This document shows, piece after piece, positions 24,807 through 36,669 of a stretch of 64,000 nt of DNA. The DNA comes from Azolla caroliniana (lineage: Eukaryota; Plantae; Polypodiophyta), in NCBI GenBank assembly GCA_043228905.1, contig JBHGNT010000016.1:7874001-7938000 (forward strand). The letters run 5' to 3'. Every line of letters starts with the position of its first letter. The first letter of the stretch is position 1. The translations under genes and the position numbers were made by a program. The notes beneath the pieces are model-generated. The model did not search any database, was not told the DNA's origin, and was given only the letters and a program-made list of their open reading frames with translations.

Positions 24807-27698
24807 ATTTGGAATGATCCCAAAGGATCGTTTAAGAGTTTAACGTCGTCAACATTTGTTGAATCAAGTACCCTCATGATTTTACACTAGTTGGTGCTAT
24901 CACTACCATTGGATTGTTTGGGTATGAGTATGGTGGTGGAAATATTGAACTTTCACAATGTATAGTTTGCATCAAGCATTCCCTTTGGCATTACTAGCAA
25001 TTGTGACCTCCCCTTGTTATGAGTGCCACTTCCACTTTCAATGGTTTCCATCTTCTAATAGACCAATACATAGTTGTCGCCTTTACAACTTTCTCCTCCA
25101 CAACTATTCTAGATGGCTAATGATGAACCTCACTCTAAATGTCATGTGAACTTGGACTAATAACAAATAAAGCACATATCATAACAAAGAACATATCAAT
25201 ACATATCATTTACATACCCATATAGTTGTCCAAATGTAATAAATGAAATTAAGATTAGAATATAGATCAAAAGAGGGCATCTTAATGCAAAAACATTGTG
25301 AAGTAGTATTGCTAAGAGGTGATTCAAAATGCAAAGTTAACTAGTTATTCACATATGCATAATTTGTGGGAGCGTTGATCTCAATTGGTACTCTCATAAA
25401 ATATGTCACACACTTTCCTTTGTTTTTAATTTGATTTAGTTTTGTTCAACCATAACACAATCTAGAATACAAGCAACAATCCGCCCAATGCTTTTGTGTC
25501 ATGCTAACAAGGATTCTCATCTAGGCAACTTAGTTTATTGGTGGATTTACATTGAGATCAAACGAGCATGAGCTCTAGCCTAAAGCTAACTAGTTGGAGC
25601 AAAGTTATAAAGGGAAAGACTCGGAAATTGGCTTGAGTTCCTCTTTATACTCCCAAAGCCCCCTCCCCAGTTCTCGTTGTTTTTTGGAATGCACCCAGGT
25701 CAAAGGCAAATGAGAAGTGATGGGGGTGCTTGCACCTTCACATGCTTCTATAGGACCTCCATTTTCTTTATGGGCACATGCCAAAGTTGGGGGACGATGC
25801 CAATATGGAATGCTCCTCTTGAGTTTTTGAGTAGATCAAGATATCATCCAAGTAAACTATGATGAAGATATCGAGGAAGTCCGAAAAAACTATCATTCGC
25901 CATATGTTGGAAAACTACTGGTGCATTCGCAAGATCAAATGGCATCATTGTATACTCAAAATGGCCATAGCGAGTGCGGAATGCAGTCTTCCATTAATCC
26001 ACGGGATGAATTCGAACAATGTTGTAGGCACCTCGAAGATATTACTTCGTGAAATATTTTGCTCCATTGAGGTGTTCCAGAAGGCTTGAGATCAATGGTA
26101 GAGTATATCGGTTTCGAATAGTCACTTTATTCAAACCCTGATAATCCATGACCATACGAAGCGTACCATCTTTCTTCTTAACGAAAAAGATGGGTGCACC
26201 TGTAAGATATCTTGAACGTTGGATAAAACCATTTGCTAGGTTCTCATCAATATATTCTCGAAGAACCTCTAACTCCGTGGGCGAAAGGTTATAAATTGGC
26301 CCCCATGGAGGCTCTTTTCCTAGGCTACAAATCAATCGGGCAATCATATGGTTGATGTGCTAGTTGTCTATTAGTCGTCACCTTATTGAACATATCAGAG
26401 AATTCTATATACTTCTTTGGTAGTTGGACCCCCAACTCTTGTGAGCTAGATAAAGGAGTTGTTAAAACCGCAAACACAAACATGTCTTCTGTCCTTCCAT
26501 TCTCACGTAACTAATGTATAGAGATTGTTGAAATTGTGTGGGATCCTAGATCCTTTGTTGCAGTCTCACGAGACTCGGACTGTACCGTGACCTTTTCAAT
26601 AGTTCTTTTTCTCCAATAAATAGTTGGGTTATGTGGACAATTCACGGCGATATGTCCTGAACCACCAGAATATAGGCATAGGTGATGTGCTCGACATCGT
26701 TATTTCTCAGCATCTGATAAGGGCCCTTGACGTTGTGTTGACTCTATTTCCATCGGAGTGGGACCATCCCTCCTAACGGGTCTGGAAACTTATGGCGGTG
26801 TTGCGACTATTGAAGCGTACGTTTGTTCCGATCGGTAGCGTAACATTTGTTGCCGTTCAGAACTTCGCTCAAATAGGCGATTATCACATCGCACAGCTCG
26901 ACTAATTGCCTCAGTAAGAGACTTCGGATCTTCGTGGAAAGTAAGAAGAAGATCTTTGACATCGTTACGCAAACCCTAACGGCATTGATCCATTAAGGTT
27001 GCCTCATCCCAAGGGATGTCACATGCCAAGAGACGGAAATCGGTTGCATAAGCTAAAGCGGGATGATCTCCTTGTCGGAGTCTTCGAATCTTGTTTATTG
27101 TCATCCTAGTGCTATCGATGTCTCCAAACTAGCTTGAAACTCCTTAACGAATGCCTCGAAATCCTCCAACAACGGTGATTTCTTCTCAAGAAGTGGTGCA
27201 AACCATGCTAACGTTGTACCGCTTACCAAGGTTCCTACTAATCCCACACGAGCAACATCAGTTTGGTACCGATTGGGATGTAACTGAATCACCAAACGGA
27301 CTTGATTCAAGAAACCTCGAAACAGAGATCTTGTACCATCAACTTGGAAGGGAGGCTAATCTTTGGTTCCCTTGGGGAGTTTTGAACTCCCACGGTTTGT
27401 TCTCGTAATGCTAATATAGTAGCCTCGAGTTGATGAACCCATTGTGCTAACTCCTCATATTGGTGAGCTTTCTCGGTACTCACGTGTTGTAGATCCCCGA
27501 GCAGTCTTTGATTTTCTTGCTCTAATGCCACAAACTTAGTCGTGAGCATGTCGAGCTCAGAAAGGACACACATATATTCTTGCTTGCGGAGAGACTCCAT
27601 AACTGAGAGGGAAAAAGAAAGAAGGAAAAAGAAGAAAGCTTGCCAGGGTTATTGGAAGAGGAAAAAGAAATATTCAGTTCAAACCGTCGTGACTCGTG

Positions 27699-27755
<57 letters not shown>

Positions 27756-29376
27756 ACGTCTTCTACGACCAAAATTGGCCCATGAGACAAATGGTTTACA
27801 ACAAAAAATGGGATATTTACCCATTCATCGAAAGTAAAAAATAAAAATAAAAATAGAGTTTTAAGCTAAATAGTTCTAGTAAAATAAAATAACAAACATG
27901 TTCTACAATGAAAATGATGTTATACTAGGCCTAATTTCATTTCCATCCAAGTCTCTCGAAGAGAAGCGGGAGGTCAAAGGGTTTTGATGTGGATGTGGCA
28001 TGTGGCCCCAATGTAAAAGGTACCCCAACCATAGCTTCTAGTCAACGTTGCTCACGTTCCCTTATCTTCTTAATCCTTTCTACTCTGTGTCGACTTGTTT
28101 TGAAGCCCAAGATCCGAGGGCATTTGGTTGTTCTTTGCATTTCGGCTTCCTCAAGAGAGAGGCTGAGTGGCGTAAGTGTATCCACATTCATCGTCTCCCC
28201 TTGTTCCTGAAAAATTACATTGGTTACAAGTTGATGAATAGTAAAAGGGTTATGGTTTGTAATTTATTCTCCCTATGTTGTTTTAGCTCTAAGATATACC
28301 TACCTAGTCTCTTTACATCCGGGGTATCTAATAGTTTGGAGAGGGTGGGAGAGGGTCCTAATATGTCTTGGTATTCCACTCGTATCTCGGCATAAGTTGG
28401 GCACTTGCATGTGAAGTGATACTCATCCTCTATCTCTATGTGGCACAACCTACATAGCCTTTCCTCCCTAGGGACTCTATTAGCCCGCCCATTCTCAATC
28501 TCAAGTTGGTGAGATGATATCCTAAGTTGTCCAATGGTCACCCTTCGTGCATTTGATAAGAACGTATCTAGATATCTTGGTCGTGTAATAAAACCTAACT
28601 GAGAGAATTGCAAGAAGTGTTCCTTATAGTACAATATTTTAGATGGGAGTGGCTCTCGTGGGGTGATCCATTTATATTGAGTGTAAATTTTCCATATTTC
28701 TTGGCATATCACTTTATTATGGTCTTCATGAGATATTAGAGTCTGGTTAGTCCCATGGTTGTACTTAAGGGGGGGTAAGTTATTAATGTCTATGCTGTTT
28801 GCAAGTAACCAACTCACCACAGTGCTATACCAAGAGCTAGTGTCTCCAGACGCATGTAGGGATCGAGATTCCTCAAAGGGTCAACATGATATCCTATATT
28901 GTGGTTGGCTATGTATCCGATGAATAAAAACTACCACTTGAAACAATGCTTCTACTAACATCAGGGCATATTGAACTCTGCTTTAATAATGTCATGTGGT
29001 ATTGTCGATTTGCTTCAGAGTTGACGTGATAACATCGTCACCAAAGGTCTCTCTAATTGCGTCCACATGAAAGATGGTAGACCTAGTGTCATAACTAGAC
29101 TCGAACCCATAACCTTTTGTTACACGGGTCGAGACTTTACCATTAGGTTATGAGTTGTAATTTGAAGGATATTATTTTCATTTAGGTTTTATTAGGAAAT
29201 TGATGTATATTCCAGATTTCTCTGGAACATTCTAGAAACTTCAGGAGTATTCCTGAAGACACTATAAAAGGAGGCACAAGGCATTAGTTTGAACCAAATC
29301 GGTTCTACGCCAGTCTTAAGCCTTCTAACTACTGTTGTATATCTTCCGTCATATAATACATATATCTTTCGCATCA

Positions 29377-29420
<44 letters not shown>

Positions 29421-29641
29421 ACTCATTCCTTCTCTCAAAGTTCGACACCTCTCATAGTACTAATCCTTCTCTGTCTTAGTACTATTCCCCAACAATAGTA
29501 CTAATCCTTCTTTTAGTACTAATTCCTTCTCTGCCTTAATAGAGTTCCTGACAGTTTGAACCGATTTTTCCTACTAGTCTCCCTCTTCCTTCTGTCTCTC
29601 TCCTTTCCTACTAGTCTCTTATTTCCCTTTTCCTTCATCCC

Positions 29642-30811
29642 ATGACCACCGTTAGCGCTGAAGAGTATCAATCCGTTTTCTCGGAATTTCAATGCTTGAA
29701 AGAGAAGTTTCATGCTTTGGAACAAGAAAATCAACGCTTGTTGGGGGATCTTCAGCAAATTTCCTTAGAAAAGCAGCAAACGCAACAACAGCATGGGGAA
29801 CTTGCGTTACGCGTGCAACAACTCGAAGCAACCATCGTAGCAATGCAACAACAAGGGCACGGAGCACAAGGGATTCATAAAGAACCCAAGATTGGCCTTC
29901 CCACGAAGTTCGATGGAACGCGATCGCAGTTTAGAGGGTTTCTTAACCAGGTACGGTTAGTTATTCAAATGCATCCGTCCCGATATCCCACCGATGCATC
30001 ACGAGTGGGTTTAGTAGGCACGTTGTTAACTGGCTCAGCATTAGCATGGTTCGCTCCGCTACTAGAAAAGGAATCTCCAGTACTAAATAATTTTGAAGAA
30101 TTCATAAGTGAGTTTAAAGCATGTTTTGGAGATATTGACAACATAAGGACTGCAATCAACAAAATCCGGCGATTACGCCAAGGTGACCGTCCAGCCTCCG
30201 CATATGCTGCAGATTTCCGCCTACTCGCCGCCGATATCCCCTGGGATGATCAAGCATTGATGGAGCAGTTCCGCTATGGTCTACGCAACGATGTCAAGGA
30301 TTTACTCTTGACTTTCCCTGAAGAGCCAAAATCATTAACAGAAGCAATCAGTCGAGCGGTCAGATGTGACAACCGCCTCTTCGAGCGACGTTCGGAACGA
30401 CAATTTCAGATGCCGAGGGCAAGATCCGAGCCTACCTATGCCTCAATGGTAGCGAAACCTTTTCAAAGGGAGTCACATAATGCGCCTCCAGTAAGTACTC
30501 CAACTCCAATGGAAATTGACACTACACGTCGTCGTGGGCCGCTATCGGAGGAGGAAAAGCAACGACGCCGAACAAACCGATTATGCCTTTATTGCGGTGG
30601 ACCAGGGCATATCGCGATAAACTGTCCCCATAGACCAAGAAGGCAGGTAAACCAAGTCATTGTTAGTTCTGACTATACTAAACCCGAGTCTATGTCAGTA
30701 GGAATCTCTGATAATCCTCATAGTCATAATAGTCCTAATAGTACTAATAGCCCGAATCTCGCAAACAAATTTGATGTCCTTAGCCAATTAGAAGAAGAGT
30801 TAAACGACTAA
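29642..30811 (+). CDS. gag: T2 Gag (coiled coil, retrotransposon gag domain, CCHC knuckle)
   Basis: 389 aa; PTKFDG, LTGSALAWF, PTPMEID, CLYCGGPGHIAINC. Confidence 0.93.
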   Translation: MTTVSAEEYQSVFSEFQCLKEKFHALEQENQRLLGDLQQISLEKQQTQQQHGELALRVQQLEATIVAMQQQGHGAQGIHKEPKIGLPTKFDGTRSQFRGFLNQVRLVIQMHPSRYPTDASRVGLVGTLLTGSALAWFAPLLEKESPVLNNFEEFISEFKACFGDIDNIRTAINKIRRLRQGDRPASAYAADFRLLAADIPWDDQALMEQFRYGLRNDVKDLLLTFPEEPKSLTEAISRAVRCDNRLFERRSERQFQMPRARSEPTYASMVAKPFQRESHNAPPVSTPTPMEIDTTRRRGPLSEEEKQRRRTNRLCLYCGGPGHIAINCPHRPRRQVNQVIVSSDYTKPESMSVGISDNPHSHNSPNSTNSPNLANKFDVLSQLEEELND

Positions 30812-30850
30812 GTCCAGCCAAAATAGGAGCCGTTTGGTTGGACAGCCCTA
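30799..30850 (+). promoter_or_regulatory. Putative -1 ribosomal frameshift signal
   Basis: G_TTA_AAC (30799-30805) in gag frame, 6-nt spacer, 11-bp stem gtccagccaaa/tttggttggac; the -1 frame is open into pol. Confidence 0.7.
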
Positions 30851-33800
30851 GATCTGTGCAGCCCATTAGTGGTTCCATTCCCTCTAAGCAAGTTAGTGAT
30901 GTGTTCGTAGTCCAAGTAGCAGTTAGTACTAAAAGTACCCCTCCAGTACATACCTTAGCCCTTCTAGATTCCGGAGCTAATTCTTGCTTCATGGATAGGA
31001 ATTTTGCCCGAGCTCATCAGATATCTCTCAGAAAGCTCCCATGTCCAGCCTCAGTAGTAGTCATTGATGGTCGTCCCATTGCTTCTGGTAATATCATAGA
31101 AGAGTCGGAACCCGTTAATATTGTCCTAGATAACTTAACATGTGTAGTATCATTTAATATTATTAGTATTCCAGAACATCCCATAGTTTTAGGATTACCA
31201 TGGTTCGAGTTACATGACCCAGACATAGATTGGAGGACAAGGGAAATCCGGTTGCGACAAACCCAAGGATCTACCCAGAAGGTTGCAACCATTACGCTAC
31301 GACAGTTGCGTGAGGAAGGGCGCAAGGAGGAAATGTTTCTCTTTGCAATATCAGTACAACCCTCCAGCACCACCAAAGAGGAGTCCACCGTTCAACTTCC
31401 CGAGAAGTATCGTCAGTATGCTGATGTGTTCGATAAAGTACAAGCCAACACACTTCCTCATCATCGGCCGTACGACTGCGCCATCGACTTACAACCGGGA
31501 AAAGAGCCGCCATGGGGGCCGATCTACAATTTGTCACCAACCGAGCTAGAAGTCCTTCGAGCCTATATAGAGGAGAATTTGGAGAACGGTTTCATTCGGC
31601 ATTCGAAATCTCCAGCCGGCGCACCCATTTTCTTCGTCAAGAAAAAAGATGGCTCGCTTCGACTCGTTGTAGATTACCGTGGCTTGAATAAGGTCACAGT
31701 AAGAAATAGGTATGCTCTTCCCCTTATCTCAAGTCTTTTAGAACGGATCAACGGTGCCAGGTTCTTCACGAAGATCGACTTACGAGGAGCCTATAACCTC
31801 GTACGGATCCGACCAGGAGATGAATGGAAGACCGCGTTTCGCACCAGATATGGGCACTTCGAGTATACGGTCATGCCGTTCGGACTCACTAATGCGCCGG
31901 CAGTCTTCCAGCACATGGCGAATGATATATTTCGAGACCTCTTGGATGATTTTTTGATCATCTATTTGGATGATCTACTGGTTTATTCAAAGACCCAAGA
32001 AGAACATGATTCTCATGTACTATTAGTACTAAAACGACTTCGAGAACATGGTCTGTATGCAAAGTTAGAGAAATGTAGTTTCGGGTGCAACCAAGTGGAG
32101 TTTCTCGGCTATGTCATCTCCTCAGAAGGCATATCTATGGACCCAGCCAAGGTCAAAATGGTGATAGAATGGCACACTCCGCGTTCGGTGCGGGATGTGC
32201 AATGCTTCCTAGGCTTTGCAAATTTCTACCGGAAGTTCATACAAAATTACTCAAAAATTGTGCTGCCTCTCACACAGCTCACCAGGAAGGGACAATCATT
32301 CATTTGGTCTAAAGAGACGGACATGGCTTTCGAGAGTCTTAAGAAGGCGTTTACATCAGCTCCAATTTTAGGTCATGTGGATCCGGAAAAACCATTCATT
32401 ATCGAAGCTGATGCATCGGATTTCGCATTGGGGAGCATTCTGTCACAACAGGGTAACGACGAGAAGCTACATCCTGTGGCTTTCCACTCCCGTAAGTTTG
32501 ACGCCGCCGAAATCAACTACGAAATTCATGATAAAGAGTTATTAGCAATAGTTGATTCTTTTATGCAATGGAGGCATTTCCTGGAGGGATCTCCTCATCA
32601 GGTCACTGTATTCAGTGACCACAAGAACCTTGCCTACTTTCAAGATGCTCGTGTACTGAATCGACGTCAAGCTCGGTGGGCCCATTTCCTCACACGCTTC
32701 GACTTCAAAATTACATATCGTCCGGGGAAGCACCAAGGGAAGGCAGATGCATTATCACGGCGTTCGTATCTAACACCACGTCCCGGTGAGCCAGCTTTCG
32801 ATAACCAGAAGCAGGTAATCTTGGGTCCAGCACGACTGCAAGCAGCACAGATCTTTGACATGCCCGTGGATTCCGACATTACCAATACTATACGTGAGGA
32901 CTTGAAGACTGACGCTTTCGCCCAAGCTATACTAGCACAAATTGACCCCTCTCGAGCGTCATGTTCACAATCACAATCACCAGGTACGGATTATCGGCAA
33001 TTCAAATACTGTGATGGATTCCTCTTCTTTAAAGAACTTTTGTATGTTCCTAATGGTTCTTGCCGCCTTCGAGTAGTACAAAACTGCCATGACACATATA
33101 CAGCAGGACATTTTGGTAGTACTAAAACATTAGATTTAGTACAACGATCATTCTGGTGGCCCCGTATGCGACAATTTGTCGAAGATTTTGTTCGGACTTG
33201 CGATACATGCTGCAGAGCGAAAATGCCAAGACATCATCCATATGGTTTATTAGAACCATTACCAATTCCAAGCAAGCCATGGCAATCCATTGCTCTTGAC
33301 TTCATTACAGATCTTCCAGTCTCTAAGGGATTCAGTGCGATTCTCACAGTGGTGGATCGATATACGAAGATGGCTCATTTCTTACCATGTACTAAAGAAA
33401 TATCTAGTGAAGACACCGCCGAAATTGTCATGCGGGAAGTATGTCGGCATCATGGACTCCCTGATAATATCATCAGCGATCGTGGACCCCAGTTTGTGTC
33501 AAAATTCTGGAAGCACCTTTTTAAAATGCTGAAGGTCACTTGTAACCTCTCCTCCGGCTACCACCCACAAACCGACGGTCAAGCCGAACGAACAAATCAA
33601 ACACTGGAGCAGTATCTGCGGTGCTTTCTCAACTATCATCAGAATGACTGGGCATATATTCTTCCGTTCGCCGAATTTGCCTATAATAACGCTATCCACG
33701 CATCGACTAAAGTCACGCCATTCTACGCTTATACGGGATATCATCCCCGGTGGTGTGTCCTTGAAACCCCAGAAGTGTCCACAAATCCTTGCGCGGAGGA

Positions 33801-34392
33801 TCGTTTGGAGCGGTTACGCAAGATAGCGGATTTATCTACTCAACTCCAGCAAGCTCAACAATCACACAAGGACTACGCAGATCGTCATCGACTTCCATCC
33901 AGTTTTAACATTGGAGATCGGGTGTGGCTGCTACGACGACACATCAAGACTACTCGCCCATGTGAGAAGTTGGATTATCGACGATTAGGTCCTTTCCGTA
34001 TTATCGGGAAGATTAATGATGTCGCTTTTCGTCTCGAGCTACCTCCGCAACTTCGGATACACCCGGTGTTTCATAGTTCTCTCCTCGAACCCTATCACGA
34101 GAGCACTATCCCAGGACGTACTATACAACCTCCACCTCCTATCGAGCTCGAAGATGGACCTGAGTATGAGGTCGCTGCCATCCTCGATTCCAAGATTGTT
34201 CGCAACAAGCTCTACTATCTAGTCGATTGGCTAGGATATAGTCCCAGCGAGCGTACTTGGGAACCGATCGAGAATGTGACCAATGCTCGTGCTCTTCTAG
34301 AAGACTTCCATCGACGATATCCCGAGAAACCGGGTCCTCAATCCAAAACGACTCGTGAAACTCGTCGTTTTAAAGGGGGGATAGTGTCATAA
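30838..34392 (+). CDS. pol: T2 Pol (protease-RT-RNase H-integrase-chromodomain), in the -1 frame relative to gag
   Basis: LLDSGA, YLDD, EADASD, H..H/C..C, DRGPQF, TDGQAER, YEVAAIL..YLVDWLGY..TWEP; uninterrupted 1184 codons. Confidence 0.95.
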   Translation: MDSPRSVQPISGSIPSKQVSDVFVVQVAVSTKSTPPVHTLALLDSGANSCFMDRNFARAHQISLRKLPCPASVVVIDGRPIASGNIIEESEPVNIVLDNLTCVVSFNIISIPEHPIVLGLPWFELHDPDIDWRTREIRLRQTQGSTQKVATITLRQLREEGRKEEMFLFAISVQPSSTTKEESTVQLPEKYRQYADVFDKVQANTLPHHRPYDCAIDLQPGKEPPWGPIYNLSPTELEVLRAYIEENLENGFIRHSKSPAGAPIFFVKKKDGSLRLVVDYRGLNKVTVRNRYALPLISSLLERINGARFFTKIDLRGAYNLVRIRPGDEWKTAFRTRYGHFEYTVMPFGLTNAPAVFQHMANDIFRDLLDDFLIIYLDDLLVYSKTQEEHDSHVLLVLKRLREHGLYAKLEKCSFGCNQVEFLGYVISSEGISMDPAKVKMVIEWHTPRSVRDVQCFLGFANFYRKFIQNYSKIVLPLTQLTRKGQSFIWSKETDMAFESLKKAFTSAPILGHVDPEKPFIIEADASDFALGSILSQQGNDEKLHPVAFHSRKFDAAEINYEIHDKELLAIVDSFMQWRHFLEGSPHQVTVFSDHKNLAYFQDARVLNRRQARWAHFLTRFDFKITYRPGKHQGKADALSRRSYLTPRPGEPAFDNQKQVILGPARLQAAQIFDMPVDSDITNTIREDLKTDAFAQAILAQIDPSRASCSQSQSPGTDYRQFKYCDGFLFFKELLYVPNGSCRLRVVQNCHDTYTAGHFGSTKTLDLVQRSFWWPRMRQFVEDFVRTCDTCCRAKMPRHHPYGLLEPLPIPSKPWQSIALDFITDLPVSKGFSAILTVVDRYTKMAHFLPCTKEISSEDTAEIVMREVCRHHGLPDNIISDRGPQFVSKFWKHLFKMLKVTCNLSSGYHPQTDGQAERTNQTLEQYLRCFLNYHQNDWAYILPFAEFAYNNAIHASTKVTPFYAYTGYHPRWCVLETPEVSTNPCAEDRLERLRKIADLSTQLQQAQQSHKDYADRHRLPSSFNIGDRVWLLRRHIKTTRPCEKLDYRRLGPFRIIGKINDVAFRLELPPQLRIHPVFHSSLLEPYHESTIPGRTIQPPPPIELEDGPEYEVAAILDSKIVRNKLYYLVDWLGYSPSERTWEPIENVTNARALLEDFHRRYPEKPGPQSKTTRETRRFKGGIVS

Positions 34393-36669
34393 CTAGACTC
34401 GAACCCATAACCTTTCGTTACACGGGTCGAGACTTTACCATTAGGTTATGAGTTGTAATTTGAAGGATATTATTTTCATTTAGGTTTTATTAGGAAATTG
34501 ATGTATATTCCAGATTTCTCTGGAACATTCTAGAAACTTCAGGAGTATTCCTGAAGACACTATAAAAGGAGGCACAAGGCATTAGTTTGAACCAAATCGG
34601 TTCAACGCCAGTCTTAAGCCTTCTAACTACTGTTGTATATCTTCCGTCATATAATACATATATCTTTCGCATCATCATTCTCTCTCTCTCTCTCTCACTC
34701 ACTCATTCCTTCTCTCAAAGTTCGACACCTCTCATAGTACTAATCCTTCTCTGTCTTAGTACTATTCCCCAACAATAGTACTAATCCTTCTTTTAGTACT
34801 AATTCCTTCTCTGCCTTAATAGAGTTCCTGACACCTAGAGCCCATACTACTGATGCATACATGAGGGAAGGGGTCACTAATGAGTCGAAGAGCCATCCCT
34901 TACTCCGTGGCTCTTGAAAGTATGCATGGTGGCATTGTCTCTCTAAAAGTGAGAGGCATGCATACCCTCTCGTTAACCTATCTTTGGCTCTGCCTAGGTC
35001 ATTAGAATTTACATGAGTGAGCACTAAAAGTGACACCCAAGTATACATATGATCCAACTACCTCAACTAGATTATGAGAGAGGATTAGGTGACATTTACT
35101 CCTAACTCGGGACGATGTATGAAAGATAAGGACTTTAGTTCTCGTTAGATTCACTACCAGTCCTCATTGTGTACAAAAGTCATCTAGGGCATTAAGATGC
35201 TTTTGTAGGTCGTGTTCGACTCCGAGAGCAAGACAATGTCGTTTGTGTAGAGTAAGAGACTAACTTGCGTATCCCCAATAGCTACTCCCTTGCCTCCCTT
35301 ACGAGCAATAAAATCAGTGATCTCACCAATGTAGATCCCCAAAAAGAGTCGGTGATAGGGGGAAACCCTGTTTTACACCAATGGTGCTAGTGAAACAATT
35401 GGATAGGCCACTTGGCCATCTTATGCACCTAGAGACTTGCTTATATAGGGCATACATGGCCCAGATCATGGTCAATTGTGGTGGAAAACCCTCGGCGAGG
35501 GCGAAGTTGAAGATTAGAGTGAGAAAGGGGGCTAGGCACTCTCGAGCATATATGATGTGCTCAGCTTGCAATCCTGTGTGGTCCATGGATTTCCTATGTT
35601 TTAATTTTTTTATGACCTTCGTGACCCTAGAGGTCGTGAAAAGTGTCCCCATGTTAGGTCGGGGTGTGGAAGGCATTGGGATGGGTGGTTGGTTCGGGGT
35701 TTAGGCCAAAATTATTGTCTTCTAAGGCCAAAATTGGCCCATGAGACAATTGGTTTACAACAAAATGGGATATTTACCCATTCATTGAAAGTATAAAAGA
35801 AATAAAAATAAATAGAGCTTAAACTAAATAGTTCTAGTAAAATAACAAACATGTTCTACAATGAAATGGCTTTATATTAGACCTAGTTTCATCTCCATCC
35901 AAGTCTCTCGAAAAGAAGTAGGAGGTAAAAGGCTTTCAATGTGGATGTGCCCCCCCGTGGTCCCAATGTAGAAGGTACCCCAACCATAGCTTCTAGTCGG
36001 CGTAGCTCACGTTCTCTTTGTTGGGATTTCAGTCCCTCCGGATGGGATGTCCGGAGATGAATGACGGCAAGCCCGGTTACGGTTACGGAACCGGAGGATG
36101 AAGAGTACCCGGCATGAAGCCGGATGAAGAGTACCCGGTTACGGAACCGGATGAAGATACAGGCCCGGTGAGAGTACTCACCGGATGTGGGGACATATTT
36201 GTGAATATGTTTTCCAAGAGCCCTTTGAGGCTATATTTGTAAATAGCCTGAAAGTCATATGTGTATAAATATGACTTAGGGCAAACTGTTTAGCGCTGCT
36301 GTATGTTGTTGCTCATTTCTCTGTTTTCACTTAGTAGGAGCTAAGTGAGCAGCCGAGAGAGAGAGAGAGTGAGACGAAGAGGTCGTTGCCTCTGTGTATT
36401 ACCGCCGCCTGTGGCGAAGACAGTGAGCTCAAGGTTGTTGCCTTGTAGCTTCACCATTGTACATCTCTGTTTGTAGTGATAGTTGGAGTTTGAGGACTCC
36501 CGTGGTTTTTCCCACTTAGGGTTTTCCACGTAAAATATCCTATGTACCCTTCTCTCTATTGTCTTCGTGCATTTTGTATTTCCTGTTTTCTGTGAGTTGA
36601 TCCTATTTCTCGGTTGTGGCCGAGTACTGTGTTTAACAAAGTGGTATCAGAGCGACGGTAACACAGAAA

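Larger units (their letters stand above)
29087..34833 (+). mobile_element. Intact, very young Tcn1-like chromoviral Gypsy element T2
   Basis: LTRs 29087-29553 and 34385-34833 (TG..CA; about 2 substitutions plus a (TC)n length change), perfect TSD cctag, PPT aaaggggggatag, open gag and pol, no tRNA PBS. Confidence 0.97.
27752..35700 (-). mobile_element. RTE-type LINE copy 1 (27752-29086 + 34839-35700), interrupted by T2
   Basis: RT motifs GVKQGFPLSPTLF and LLYTNDIVL, VNLTRTKVL, C-terminal CRLC..EDEYHF..C; the 3' end abuts the (GA)n tract of the T1 LTR. Confidence 0.88.
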
